A stretch of 64,000 nt of DNA from an uncultured Acidobacteriota bacterium (GTDB lineage Bacteria; Acidobacteriota; Thermoanaerobaculia; UBA5066; Gp7-AA6). Positions 53,275 through 61,934 of the stretch are shown here, in pieces. The stretch's first letter is position 1. The number at the start of each line of letters is the position of its first letter. Made by a program: the position numbers and the translations under genes. The stretch is from the NCBI GenBank assembly GCA_963801275.1, contig CAWDEF010000001.1, positions 3,794,315-3,858,314 on the forward strand. The letters are read 5' to 3'. The notes beneath the pieces were generated by a model. It ran no database searches. It was not told the origin of the DNA and saw nothing but the letters and a program-made list of their open reading frames with translations.

Positions 53275-54225
53275 TCATCCCGGATTCTTTCGGAAATATT
53301 CGATCGTCCGTTTCAGGCCCTCTTCCAGCATCACCTTCGGTTCCCATCCCAGGAGGCTGCGCGCCTTGGCGATGTCGGGCTGGCGCACGCGGGGATCGTC
53401 CACCGGCAGCGGGCGAAACGCGATCTCGCTCGAGGTGCCTGTCAGGCGCCGGATGGTTCGCGCGAACTCGAGGACGGAAAGCTCGGCGGGGTTGCCCAGG
53501 TTGACGGGGTTGGTCTCCGACGAGAGCAGCAGGCGGTAGATCCCGTCGATCAGGTCGGAGACGTAGCAGAACGAGCGCGTTTGCAACCCGTCGCCGAAGA
53601 CGGTCATCGGCTGTCCGGTCAGCGCCTGGCCGATCAGCGCCGGGACCACGCGTCCGTCGCGAGACCGCATGCGTTCTCCGTAAGTGTTGAAGATCCGAAC
53701 GATCCGGGTGTCGACGCCATGCGCGCGGTGGTAGGCCATCGTCATCGCCTCGCCGAACCGCTTGGCCTCATCGTAGACGCCCCGAGGGCCGATCGGGTTC
53801 ACGTTGCCCCAGTAGGTCTCGGGCTGCGGATGAACGAGGGGGTCGCCGTACACCTCGGAGGTCGAGGCGAGCAGAAAGCGAGCCTCTTTCGCCATCGCGA
53901 GGCCGAGCGCGTTGTGGGTCCCGAGCGAACCCACTTTGAGTGTCTGGATGGGAAGCTCCAGGTAATCGATCGGCGAGGCGGGGGATGCGAAGTGGAGCAC
54001 GGCATCGAGAGGTCCGTCGATGAAGAGAAAATGCGTGACGTCGTGGCGAACGAACCGGAAGCGCTTCTCCTCCGAGAGGTGCGCGATGTTGCGGAGGTTT
54101 CCCGTCAGGAGGTTGTCGAGACCGATGACCTCATGCCCCTCGGCGAGCAGTCGGTCGCACAGGTGGCTCCCCAGAAACCCGGCGGCGCCCGTGACGCAGA
54201 CGCGCATGCCGCGCGAGGCGGTCAT
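53275..54225 (-). CDS. UDP-glucuronate decarboxylase (UDP-xylose synthase)
   Basis: The start is chosen at the ATG overlapping the ugd stop (ATGA). An alternative start is Met at 54207. [12 protein letters not shown] and [36 protein letters not shown] are typical of the UXS family. Confidence 0.85.
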   Translation of the reverse strand: MTASRGMRVCVTGAAGFLGSHLCDRLLAEGHEVIGLDNLLTGNLRNIAHLSEEKRFRFVRHDVTHFLFIDGPLDAVLHFASPASPIDYLELPIQTLKVGSLGTHNALGLAMAKEARFLLASTSEVYGDPLVHPQPETYWGNVNPIGPRGVYDEAKRFGEAMTMAYHRAHGVDTRIVRIFNTYGERMRSRDGRVVPALIGQALTGQPMTVFGDGLQTRSFCYVSDLIDGIYRLLLSSETNPVNLGNPAELSVLEFARTIRRLTGTSSEIAFRPLPVDDPRVRQPDIAKARSLLGWEPKVMLEEGLKRTIEYFRKNPG

Positions 54226-55520
54226 CCGCGGCCCACGCCCGTGTAATTCCACCCCGCCGCGCGCATCTCCTTCGGCTCATAGACGTTGCGCAGGTCGACG
54301 AGAGTCTTGGACTTCAGGCGCCGTGCGAGCTCGGCCAGATTCAGGGCACGGAACTCGTTCCACTCCGTGGCCAGCACCAGGAAGTCGGCCCCTGCCGCGC
54401 ACTCGTACGCGTCGGCGGCGTACTCGATGTCGGGCAGAATGGCCCTCGCGTTCTCGACCGCGGCGGGGTCGCATGCGCGCACCCGCGCGCCGGCCGCGCG
54501 CAGGCTCTGGACGACGGCGATGGCCGGCGATTCGCGGATGTCGTCGGTCTCCGGCTTGAAGGAGAGGCCCAGGACGGCGGCGGTCTTTCCGGCGAGCGGG
54601 CCGGCGCCCTGGGCGATGCGCTCGATCATCCGCGCCTTGGTTCGGGCGTTGGCCCGGATCGTGGCCTCGATGATCTCGAAGGTGTCCCCGAGCTGGCGCG
54701 CCAGGTCGGCCGCCGCGGCCGTGTCCTTGGGAAAGCAGGAGCCGCCGAATCCGGGGCCCGGGTGCAGGAACTTCGGGCCGATACGCCGATCGAGCCCCAT
54801 TCCGCGAGACACGTCGTGGACGTCGGCCCCCATCTTTTCGCACAGGCGGGCGATCTCGTTGATGAACGAGATCTTCACGGCGAGGAAGCCGTTGGAAGCG
54901 TACTTGATCAGCTCCGCCGAGGCGACGTCGGTGATCACGAAGGGCGTGTCGATCAGGGAGAGGGGGCTGTAGATCTCCTTCATCACCTCCACGGCGCGGG
55001 GATCCGACGCTCCGATGACGATGCGGTCCGGGCGGAGGAAATCCGAGATCGCCGAGCCCTCGCGCAGGAACTCAGGATTCGAGACGACCGAGAATTCGTG
55101 GCGGTCGTTCTTGTTCCGGAGGATCTCGTCGATCATGCGGCCGGTCCCGGTCGGAACGGTCGACTTCGTGATGACGACCTTGTATCCATTTCGGTGTTCG
55201 GCGATCGCCTCGGCGACCTGTCTGACGAAGGTCAGGTCGGGGGAGCCATCGGGACGGGGAGGCGTTCCAACGGCGATGAAGATGGCGAGCGAGCTTCGGA
55301 TGCCGTCCGCCAGATCGGTCGTGAAGCGCAGGCGCCCCGCCCGCTCGTTCTTGGCCACCAGCTGCTCGAGCCCCGGCTCGTAGATCGGCATCCGGCCGCT
55401 TTTCAAGGCTTCGATCTTGGCCTCGTCCTTGTCGACACAGACGACGTGCATCCCGAAGTCGGCCAGGCAGGCCCCCGTCACCAGGCCGACGTAACCGGTT
55501 CCGACCATGCAGACATTCAT
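54222..55520 (-). CDS. ugd: UDP-glucose 6-dehydrogenase
   Basis: [20 protein letters not shown] and the catalytic region [10 protein letters not shown]. The ATG overlaps the stop of the upstream epimerase gene (ATGA). Confidence 0.9.
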   Translation of the reverse strand: MNVCMVGTGYVGLVTGACLADFGMHVVCVDKDEAKIEALKSGRMPIYEPGLEQLVAKNERAGRLRFTTDLADGIRSSLAIFIAVGTPPRPDGSPDLTFVRQVAEAIAEHRNGYKVVITKSTVPTGTGRMIDEILRNKNDRHEFSVVSNPEFLREGSAISDFLRPDRIVIGASDPRAVEVMKEIYSPLSLIDTPFVITDVASAELIKYASNGFLAVKISFINEIARLCEKMGADVHDVSRGMGLDRRIGPKFLHPGPGFGGSCFPKDTAAAADLARQLGDTFEIIEATIRANARTKARMIERIAQGAGPLAGKTAAVLGLSFKPETDDIRESPAIAVVQSLRAAGARVRACDPAAVENARAILPDIEYAADAYECAAGADFLVLATEWNEFRALNLAELARRLKSKTLVDLRNVYEPKEMRAAGWNYTGVGRG

Positions 55521-56470
55521 GCGGCCGTCTCGCTCCTCTTCCACTCGAGGAGGCGGCGCAGCCCGTCGGATAGAGGGACGCGGGCCCGGAAGCCAAGCAG
55601 CCGCGCGGCCTTCTCCGTCGCGGCGAAGGTGACGGGAACGTCGCCCGGCTGGTCCGGCAGCCTGTCGAGTTTCGCCTTCTTGCCCGTCACCGCCTCGATC
55701 TCCCGGACCAGGCGTGCCAGGGTGACCGGCCGGGCGCCGCCCAGGTTCACGATCTCGAAAGAGAGCAGCGCCTCGAGCGCCGCCTCCATGCCGTCCACGA
55801 CGTCGTCCACGTACGTGTAGTCTCGGCGGGAGCCGCCGTCGCCATAGAAGGGGATCCGTTCGCCCGCCTCGATCGCCCGCAGGAACCGCGCGATCGCCAT
55901 TTCCGGACGCTGCCGCGGTCCATAGACGGTGAAGAAACGCAGGCAGACGGCGGTCAGGCCGTGGGCACGGTGCGCGTCGGCGACGCCGAGCTCGGCCGCG
56001 CGCTTGGTTGCCGCATAGGGCGAGATCGTCCGGTCGATGGGATCGTCCTCGGCGAAGGGGATGCGGGTACTGAGCCCGTAGACCGACGAGGAGGACGCGA
56101 AGAGAAATCGTGGCCTGCCGTGGGCAACGGCGGCTTCGAGAAGATTCGCGGTACCCCGGACGTTGACCTCTTCGTACAGACGCGGCTGCCCGATCGAGGG
56201 GCGCACGCCCACGCGCGCCGCCAGGTGCGCCACGGCCTCGAAACGTTCCTCGCGGAAGAGGGCATCCAGTCCGGCGCGGTCCCGGATGTCTCCCTCGACC
56301 AGCCGGAATCGCGGGTTCTCGCGGTGCGGAGCCAGGTTCTCGCGCTTGAGGGCGGGATCGTAGAAGTCGTCGAAGGCGTCGAGAACGGTAACCCGGTCGC
56401 CCCGGGCGAGCCGGCGGTCGACCAGATGCGAGCCGATGAAGCCGGCTCCGCCGGTGATCAGCAGCTTCAT
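55517..56470 (-). CDS. NAD-dependent epimerase (UDP-glucuronate 4-epimerase-like SDR)
   Basis: MKLLITGGAGFIGSHL, FDDFYDPALKRENL and SPYAATKRA (YxxxK) motifs. The ATG overlaps the mlaD stop (ATGA). This is the 3' part of track ORF 55517-57730. Confidence 0.75.
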   Translation of the reverse strand: MKLLITGGAGFIGSHLVDRRLARGDRVTVLDAFDDFYDPALKRENLAPHRENPRFRLVEGDIRDRAGLDALFREERFEAVAHLAARVGVRPSIGQPRLYEEVNVRGTANLLEAAVAHGRPRFLFASSSSVYGLSTRIPFAEDDPIDRTISPYAATKRAAELGVADAHRAHGLTAVCLRFFTVYGPRQRPEMAIARFLRAIEAGERIPFYGDGGSRRDYTYVDDVVDGMEAALEALLSFEIVNLGGARPVTLARLVREIEAVTGKKAKLDRLPDQPGDVPVTFAATEKAARLLGFRARVPLSDGLRRLLEWKRSETAA

Positions 56471-57687
56471 CGGGAGGGCGGCGTGGGCGTCGTGGAGGCC
56501 GCCGTGGCCGACGCGGCTGGCGTCGCGGTCAGGCGCGCCACTTCGTCCTTGTACTCCTTCTTGATGCCCGCCTTCTGGCGGTTCCGGATCAGCCAGCGCA
56601 GCAGCGCCGATTCGTCCACGCCGACGACCAGGTGGTTGGCCGCATCGAAGAGCGCCGGGTCGTTGATCAGCTTGCCCGCCGTGCCCTGCCCTTCGTCGAG
56701 CTTGCGCCCGATCGAGTCGAGTTGCTGGGAAAACTGCAGCAAGTTCTTCGTGAACTCGCGCCCGAACTTCTCGTCGTGGAGCAGGATGGGGATGGCGCCG
56801 GTTCCCTTCTCCAGGTTTTCGGTGACCTTGGCCAGGGAGGCCGTCGCCACGGCGAGGTTGTCGAGCAACGCGTAGACTTTCTTCTTGCCCTCCGGGTCGG
56901 AAAGAAGCGCGGGCAGCGCTCCGGTGCCGTTGGCGATGCCGTCGTCGATCCTGGCGAGCAGGGACTCGACGGACTTGAAGGCCCTGCGCAGGGAGTCCGA
57001 GGTCTCCGCGCCATACTTTTCGTCGATCAAGAGCTTGCCCACCAGGCCCTGGCCTCGCTCGACCTTCTTGATGAGGGCGTTCAAGGAATGCAGCGTGGCA
57101 TTGAAGCTGTTGCCAAGCTCCTCGCTCTCCGGGCTCTTGGAGGTGATCGCGCCGAGGAACCCTTCGCCCTTTTCGGTTCGCCCGAGGATGTTCTTCAGCG
57201 ACCGGGCGATGGCGGAGAGGTCGGTGAGAAGGTCGCCGCTGCCCTCGAGCAGCTTCTCGATTCCCGTTCCGGGCGCCGCCTTGATGTCGCCGCCGATCGG
57301 GATCTGCGTCTCGTCCGCCGTACCGCCGGCCAGATCGATGTACTTGTCTCCGAGCAGCCCGATCGTCTTGATCGAAGCCACCGTACCGGTGCGCAGGCGC
57401 GGTGCCACGCGCCGGTCCACTTCGTACACGACGAGCACGGTCTGGTCGCCCGGCTGCGGCGAGAGGTTCACTTCGAGGACGCCGCCGACGGTCACGCCGT
57501 TCAACCGCACCGGGTTGCCCGTCACCAGGCCCGAGGCCGAGTCGAAGTGGGTCTGATAGGGCCACTTCTTCTTGAAGAGGTTGGCCCGCTTGCCGACCAT
57601 GAAAATGCCGATCGTCGTGAAGAAGAGGGCGATCAGGACGACCAGTCCCACCCGGAAGCGCCGACCGACATAGTGTTCGGTGACCAC
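56467..57687 (-). CDS. mlaD: MlaD/MCE-family protein with a long repeat-containing C-terminal extension
   Basis: GTG start after GGGAGGA. N-terminal TM and an MCE domain (SGLVTGNPVRLNGVTVGGV...IKTIGLLGDKYIDL). Five copies of an (E/D)xGxGxxGxLLxD module follow. Confidence 0.8.
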   Translation of the reverse strand: MVTEHYVGRRFRVGLVVLIALFFTTIGIFMVGKRANLFKKKWPYQTHFDSASGLVTGNPVRLNGVTVGGVLEVNLSPQPGDQTVLVVYEVDRRVAPRLRTGTVASIKTIGLLGDKYIDLAGGTADETQIPIGGDIKAAPGTGIEKLLEGSGDLLTDLSAIARSLKNILGRTEKGEGFLGAITSKSPESEELGNSFNATLHSLNALIKKVERGQGLVGKLLIDEKYGAETSDSLRRAFKSVESLLARIDDGIANGTGALPALLSDPEGKKKVYALLDNLAVATASLAKVTENLEKGTGAIPILLHDEKFGREFTKNLLQFSQQLDSIGRKLDEGQGTAGKLINDPALFDAANHLVVGVDESALLRWLIRNRQKAGIKKEYKDEVARLTATPAASATAASTTPTPPSR

Positions 57688-57690
57688 TCG

Positions 57691-58503
57691 TTATCCTCCC
57701 GGAACGGGGGCGAAGTCGCCCGTCCCGCACGGAAAGCCCATCGAGCGAAAGTAGTCCTGCAGGACCGGGTGGCCTCCGCGGGCCGCCTGCTCGAAGGTGC
57801 CGATGAACTGGAACTGCCCCTGGTAGAGGAAGGCGATCCGATCCGCCACCGTGCGCGCCGCGACGATGTCGTGCGTGACGACGACCGAAGTCGTCTTGAG
57901 CCGGACGTTCAGGTCCACGATCAACTGCGCGATCTTCTCGGAGGACAGGGGATCAAGCCCCGTCGTGGGCTCATCGTACAGGATGATCTCGGGCTCCAGG
58001 GCGATCGAACGCGCCAGGGCGACCCGCTTTCGCATTCCGCCGGAGAGCTCCGACGGCATCTTCTTCTGGATGCCCGGCAGGCCGACCATCTGCAGCTTCT
58101 CCGCAACGGCCTTTGCGATCTCCTCGGGAGTCTTCGAAGTGTGCTCCTCCAGCGGAAAGGCGATGTTTCGCTCGACGTTCATCGAGTCGAAGAGCGCCCC
58201 GCCCTGGAAGAGCATCGCCAGACGCCGGCGGATCGGCGTCAGTTCCTCTTCGTCGAGGCCCACGATCGATTGTCCAAAGACCTTCACGTCTCCATGGTCG
58301 GGCTTGGTCAGGCCGTTGATGTGGCGCAGCGTCACGCTCTTGCCGGTCCCGGAAGGTCCGAGGACGCACAGGACCTCCCCGCGGCGGATGTCCAGGTCCA
58401 CGCCGGCGAGGATGTCCTTGGTGCCGTAGGTCTTCCAGACCTGCAGAAACTGCACGATGACTTCGCCGGGCGCGGCCTTCTCGCGAGGCTTGGCGGTGCT
58501 CAT
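57691..58503 (-). CDS. mlaF: ABC transporter ATP-binding protein (MlaF-like)
   Basis: Walker A GPSGTGKS, signature LSGGMRKRVALA and Walker B IILYDEPTTGLD. Confidence 0.85.
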   Translation of the reverse strand: MSTAKPREKAAPGEVIVQFLQVWKTYGTKDILAGVDLDIRRGEVLCVLGPSGTGKSVTLRHINGLTKPDHGDVKVFGQSIVGLDEEELTPIRRRLAMLFQGGALFDSMNVERNIAFPLEEHTSKTPEEIAKAVAEKLQMVGLPGIQKKMPSELSGGMRKRVALARSIALEPEIILYDEPTTGLDPLSSEKIAQLIVDLNVRLKTTSVVVTHDIVAARTVADRIAFLYQGQFQFIGTFEQAARGGHPVLQDYFRSMGFPCGTGDFAPVPGG

Positions 58504-58513
58504 GGTTTTCGCC

Positions 58514-59356
58514 TCATAGCGCCAGGAAGAGCTTGGTCAGCAGGAAGTCGGACACCAGAACGGTGATGGAGGCGATCACGACCGTGCGGGTCGTGGCGAC
58601 TCCGACCGACGTCGCTCCGCCCTCCACGTTCAGGCCGTGGTAGCAGCCGATGGCCGCGATCTCCAGTCCGAAGAAGACGGTTTTTCCGAGCCCGCTTCCG
58701 ATGTCGGAGATCGAGAGCTGGTTCCAGATGCTCGACAGGTAGTCCTGCGCCGTCATTTGCAACTCGACGACGGCGATGAAGAGGCCTCCCAGGATCCCCA
58801 GCACGTCGGCCAGGGCCGTCAGCACGGGCATCATGAGGGTCGTGGCCAGGACGCGGGGCACGACGAGGCGGCGCACGGGTGAGACGGCCATCGCGCGCAG
58901 GGCGTCGACCTGCTCGGTCACGGTCATCGAGCCGAGTTCGGCCGTAATCCCCGATCCGACGCGGCCGCCCACCATGAGGGCCGTCAGGATCGGGCCGAGC
59001 TCGCGGACGAGGGAGAGGGCCACGACGCGCCCGATGAAGAGCTTTCCGCCGAAGGCCGCGAGCGAGTACGCGGTCTGCAGGGCCAGCACCATGCCTGTCG
59101 TAAAGGCGGTGATCCCGGTGATCGACACCGAGCGGGCCCCGATCTCGTCGAGCTGCCGCAGAAGCTCGTAGCGGTAGAACGGCCGCGAGACCATCCCGGC
59201 CACGGCGTCGCCAATGAGCTCCGCCAGGCCTCCCATGTACTCGACCAGCGCCTGTCCCTTGCGGCCAAACCGGTCCACGAACCGCAGCCATCGGATGTTC
59301 CGGTAGAAGAGGGCCGTGGCCGACGGGGGGGCGGACGGCGGGTGAGGCGCGCTCAT
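58514..59356 (-). CDS. mlaE: ABC transporter permease (MlaE-like)
   Basis: 280 aa. VRELGPILTALMVGGRVGSGITAELGSMTVTEQVDAL is typical of the MlaE family. Confidence 0.85.
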   Translation of the reverse strand: MSAPHPPSAPPSATALFYRNIRWLRFVDRFGRKGQALVEYMGGLAELIGDAVAGMVSRPFYRYELLRQLDEIGARSVSITGITAFTTGMVLALQTAYSLAAFGGKLFIGRVVALSLVRELGPILTALMVGGRVGSGITAELGSMTVTEQVDALRAMAVSPVRRLVVPRVLATTLMMPVLTALADVLGILGGLFIAVVELQMTAQDYLSSIWNQLSISDIGSGLGKTVFFGLEIAAIGCYHGLNVEGGATSVGVATTRTVVIASITVLVSDFLLTKLFLAL

Positions 59357-59449
59357 GGAATGCGCGATTCTATTCCGGGTGCCGAGCCGTGTAAATCGCG
59401 GAAGGGCGAAGACTTGGCGCCCGAGCCTTTGCTAACATCCGCCGCCTCG

Positions 59450-60163
59450 ATGAGAGCCCTGCGCGCGGCGGTCGTCTGGACGGCCATCGTCCTGCTGACC
59501 GTCGGCTTCGGGATTCCCGCCATCGCCGCCGCCTTCGTGCCTCCGCGGGGGGACTGGTTTCAACGTTTCGCGCGCGGGTGGGCGCGCTGCCTGCTTTGGG
59601 TCTCGGGAATCACGGTCGAGGTGCGGCACCCGGAGTGCTTTCCGCGTGGGCGCAGCGTCGTGGTCGCCGCCAATCACGAGAGCTTCTGCGACATTGTCGT
59701 GCTCCTGGCGTGCCTGCCCTTTCAGGCGCGGTTTCTCGCAAAGCGCAGCATCTTCCGGGTTCCGGTGCTGGGCTGGTCGATCGCGGCGGCCGGCTTCGTC
59801 CCGGTCGACCGCGGTGATCGGACGCGCGGAGCGGCGGCTCTCGACGCGGCGCTCAAGCGATTGCGCGACGGCCGGTCGGTCGTGATCTTTCCCGAGGAGA
59901 CGCGGACTCGTACGGGCGAACTGCTCCCATTCAAGAAGGGTGCGGCGCTACTCGCCCTGCGGTCGGGACTGCCGCTGCTTCCGCTCGGCCTGGCCGGCAC
60001 GCGCCGCATCCTGCCGCCCGGGAGTCTCCTCATGTCTCCCGGCCGCGCCGTGGTCTGCGTGGGAGAAACGATCGAGCCGGAACCCATGCATCGGAAGGAC
60101 CTGACGGAGAGGCTGCGGCAGGAGGTGGAGAGATTGAGGGGGGAGGCATGGAATCGGAAGTGA
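59450..60163 (+). CDS. plsC: 1-acyl-sn-glycerol-3-phosphate acyltransferase
   Basis: Start chosen at the ATG at 59450 (MRALRAAVVWTAIVLLTVG). The NHESFCD (HX4D) and FPEETRT motifs are present. The track start at 59342 would overlap mlaE. Confidence 0.8.
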   Translation: MRALRAAVVWTAIVLLTVGFGIPAIAAAFVPPRGDWFQRFARGWARCLLWVSGITVEVRHPECFPRGRSVVVAANHESFCDIVVLLACLPFQARFLAKRSIFRVPVLGWSIAAAGFVPVDRGDRTRGAAALDAALKRLRDGRSVVIFPEETRTRTGELLPFKKGAALLALRSGLPLLPLGLAGTRRILPPGSLLMSPGRAVVCVGETIEPEPMHRKDLTERLRQEVERLRGEAWNRK

Positions 60164-60178
60164 TAACTTCACCGTTCC

Positions 60179-61252
60179 ATGTCCGCCACCTCCGAACTGA
60201 GCGACGAAAAGGTCCTCGAGGTCCTCAAGACCGTCCGCTTTCCCGGCCTCTCCCGGGACATCGTTTCGTTCGGCTTTGTGAAGGACCTGTCGGTGGGAGG
60301 AGGAAACGTGTCGTTTCGGTTGGAGATGACGACGGAATCGCCGCGGGCCGCCGAGGAGATCCAGCGGGACGCCACCGAGAAGCTGCGTGCGCTGCCCGGC
60401 GTCTCCGCCGTCACCATCCGACTGGACGTCAAGCCTCCGGGTCCGCCGGCGCCGCGCGGCGGCTCGGCCGTACCGACGCCGCCGGCGACAATCCTTCCGG
60501 AGGTCCGATTCGCCGTGGCAGTCGCCTCGGGAAAGGGCGGGGTCGGAAAGTCCACGGTGGCCGCGAACCTGGCGCTCGCCTTCGAGCGCCTGGGCCGCCG
60601 CGCCGGGCTCATGGACTCGGACATCTATGGCCCCTCGCAGCAGATGATGATGGGCATTTCGGAGAAGCCCTACGTCAACGAATCCAATCAGATCGTTCCG
60701 ATCGAACGCTACGGCGTGCGTGTGATGTCGCTCGGATTCTTGATGGACGTGGACCAGCCCGTCATCTGGCGGGGCCCCATGGTCATGAAGGCGGTCGAGC
60801 AGTTTCTCCAGGACGTGGCCTGGGGCAAGCTCGACGTGCTCGTCATCGACCTGCCACCGGGCACGGGCGACGCACAACTGACGCTCACCCAGAAAATTCA
60901 CCTCGCCGGCGCGGTCATCGTGACGACCCCGCAGGACGTCTCGCTGATCGACGCCCGCAAGGGACTGGCGATGTTCCAGAAGGTGAACGTACCCGTCCTC
61001 GGCATCGTCGAAAACATGTCGTACTACGTCTGCCCGCAGTGCGGCCACCGCGAGGAGATCTTCAAGCACGGGGGAGGCCGGCGCACCGCCGAGCAGCTGA
61101 ACGTGCCGTTTCTCGGCGAGATCCCGCTCGATCCGAAGGTCGCCATCGGCGGAGACGAGGGGCGTCCGATCGTGGTTGCCGACCCGCAGTCGCCCGTCAC
61201 GGAAGCCTACCTACGCATCGCCGACGAGATCGTGCGGCAGCTGGGAGCGTAG
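60179..61252 (+). CDS. apbC: Mrp/NBP35-family iron-sulfur cluster carrier ATPase
   Basis: N-terminal DUF59-like region, then AVASGKGGVGKSTVAANLA and the CPQCGH motif. Confidence 0.9.
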   Translation: MSATSELSDEKVLEVLKTVRFPGLSRDIVSFGFVKDLSVGGGNVSFRLEMTTESPRAAEEIQRDATEKLRALPGVSAVTIRLDVKPPGPPAPRGGSAVPTPPATILPEVRFAVAVASGKGGVGKSTVAANLALAFERLGRRAGLMDSDIYGPSQQMMMGISEKPYVNESNQIVPIERYGVRVMSLGFLMDVDQPVIWRGPMVMKAVEQFLQDVAWGKLDVLVIDLPPGTGDAQLTLTQKIHLAGAVIVTTPQDVSLIDARKGLAMFQKVNVPVLGIVENMSYYVCPQCGHREEIFKHGGGRRTAEQLNVPFLGEIPLDPKVAIGGDEGRPIVVADPQSPVTEAYLRIADEIVRQLGA

Positions 61253-61313
61253 GAAGGCGCGTGGCCGCAACGCCTGTGGCGCCTTCGCCGAATCCCGCCG
61301 CCTGAGGCGTCCG

Positions 61314-61826
61314 ATGACCGCCGCGATCGAGCTCGCCCAGGGAGACATCACCGCGCTCGACGTGGATGCGATCGTCAACGCCGCCAACGAACAGCTCCAG
61401 CTCGGGTCGGGGGTCGCCGGTGCCATCAGCCGGCGGGGGGGGCCGGCGATCCAGGACGAGTGCAACCAGATCGGCGCCTGTCCGGTCGGCGCGGCCGTCG
61501 TGACGGGAGGGGGCAATCTGCCGGCGCACTGGGTCATTCACGCGGTGGGACCGATCTGGCGCGGCGGCGCCGAAGGGGAGGAGATGCTGCTCGCGTCGGC
61601 GGTGCGTGCGGCCTTGAAGCGCGCCGAGGAAGTCGGCGCCCGATCCGTGGCCCTGCCGGCCATCTCGGCGGGGGTATACGGGTTTCCGATGCGGCGTGCC
61701 GCGGAGCTCTCAATCGGCGTGGCCCGGGCCTTCGCAGCGCAGGCGAAGAGCGTCGAGCGAATCGTCTTTTGCCTCTACGACGACGCGGCGCTGGCCGCCT
61801 TCGAGCGCGCCTTCGCGGAAGGGTGA
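61314..61826 (+). CDS. Macro domain protein (O-acetyl-ADP-ribose deacetylase-like)
   Basis: ATG at 61314 inside track ORF 61176-61826. GDITALDVDAIVNAAN, GSGVAGAI and ISAGVYGFP motifs. 170 aa. Confidence 0.85.
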   Translation: MTAAIELAQGDITALDVDAIVNAANEQLQLGSGVAGAISRRGGPAIQDECNQIGACPVGAAVVTGGGNLPAHWVIHAVGPIWRGGAEGEEMLLASAVRAALKRAEEVGARSVALPAISAGVYGFPMRRAAELSIGVARAFAAQAKSVERIVFCLYDDAALAAFERAFAEG

Positions 61827-61934
61827 GGGGACCGGTAACTCCATCAACCTTGATGTCGTCCGGCGCGGCGCGGCGGTCCGCGGGCGAGCCGATTGCGTCT
61901 CCCGCGGGGACGCTTCCGTTAAGATGCCTCCCGG

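Noticed and set aside
54286-55820. Plus-strand ORFs 54286-54972 and 54762-55820 overlapping ugd
   Set aside because: They are antisense to a gene with clear UDP-glucose dehydrogenase motifs, and they have an artefactual composition.
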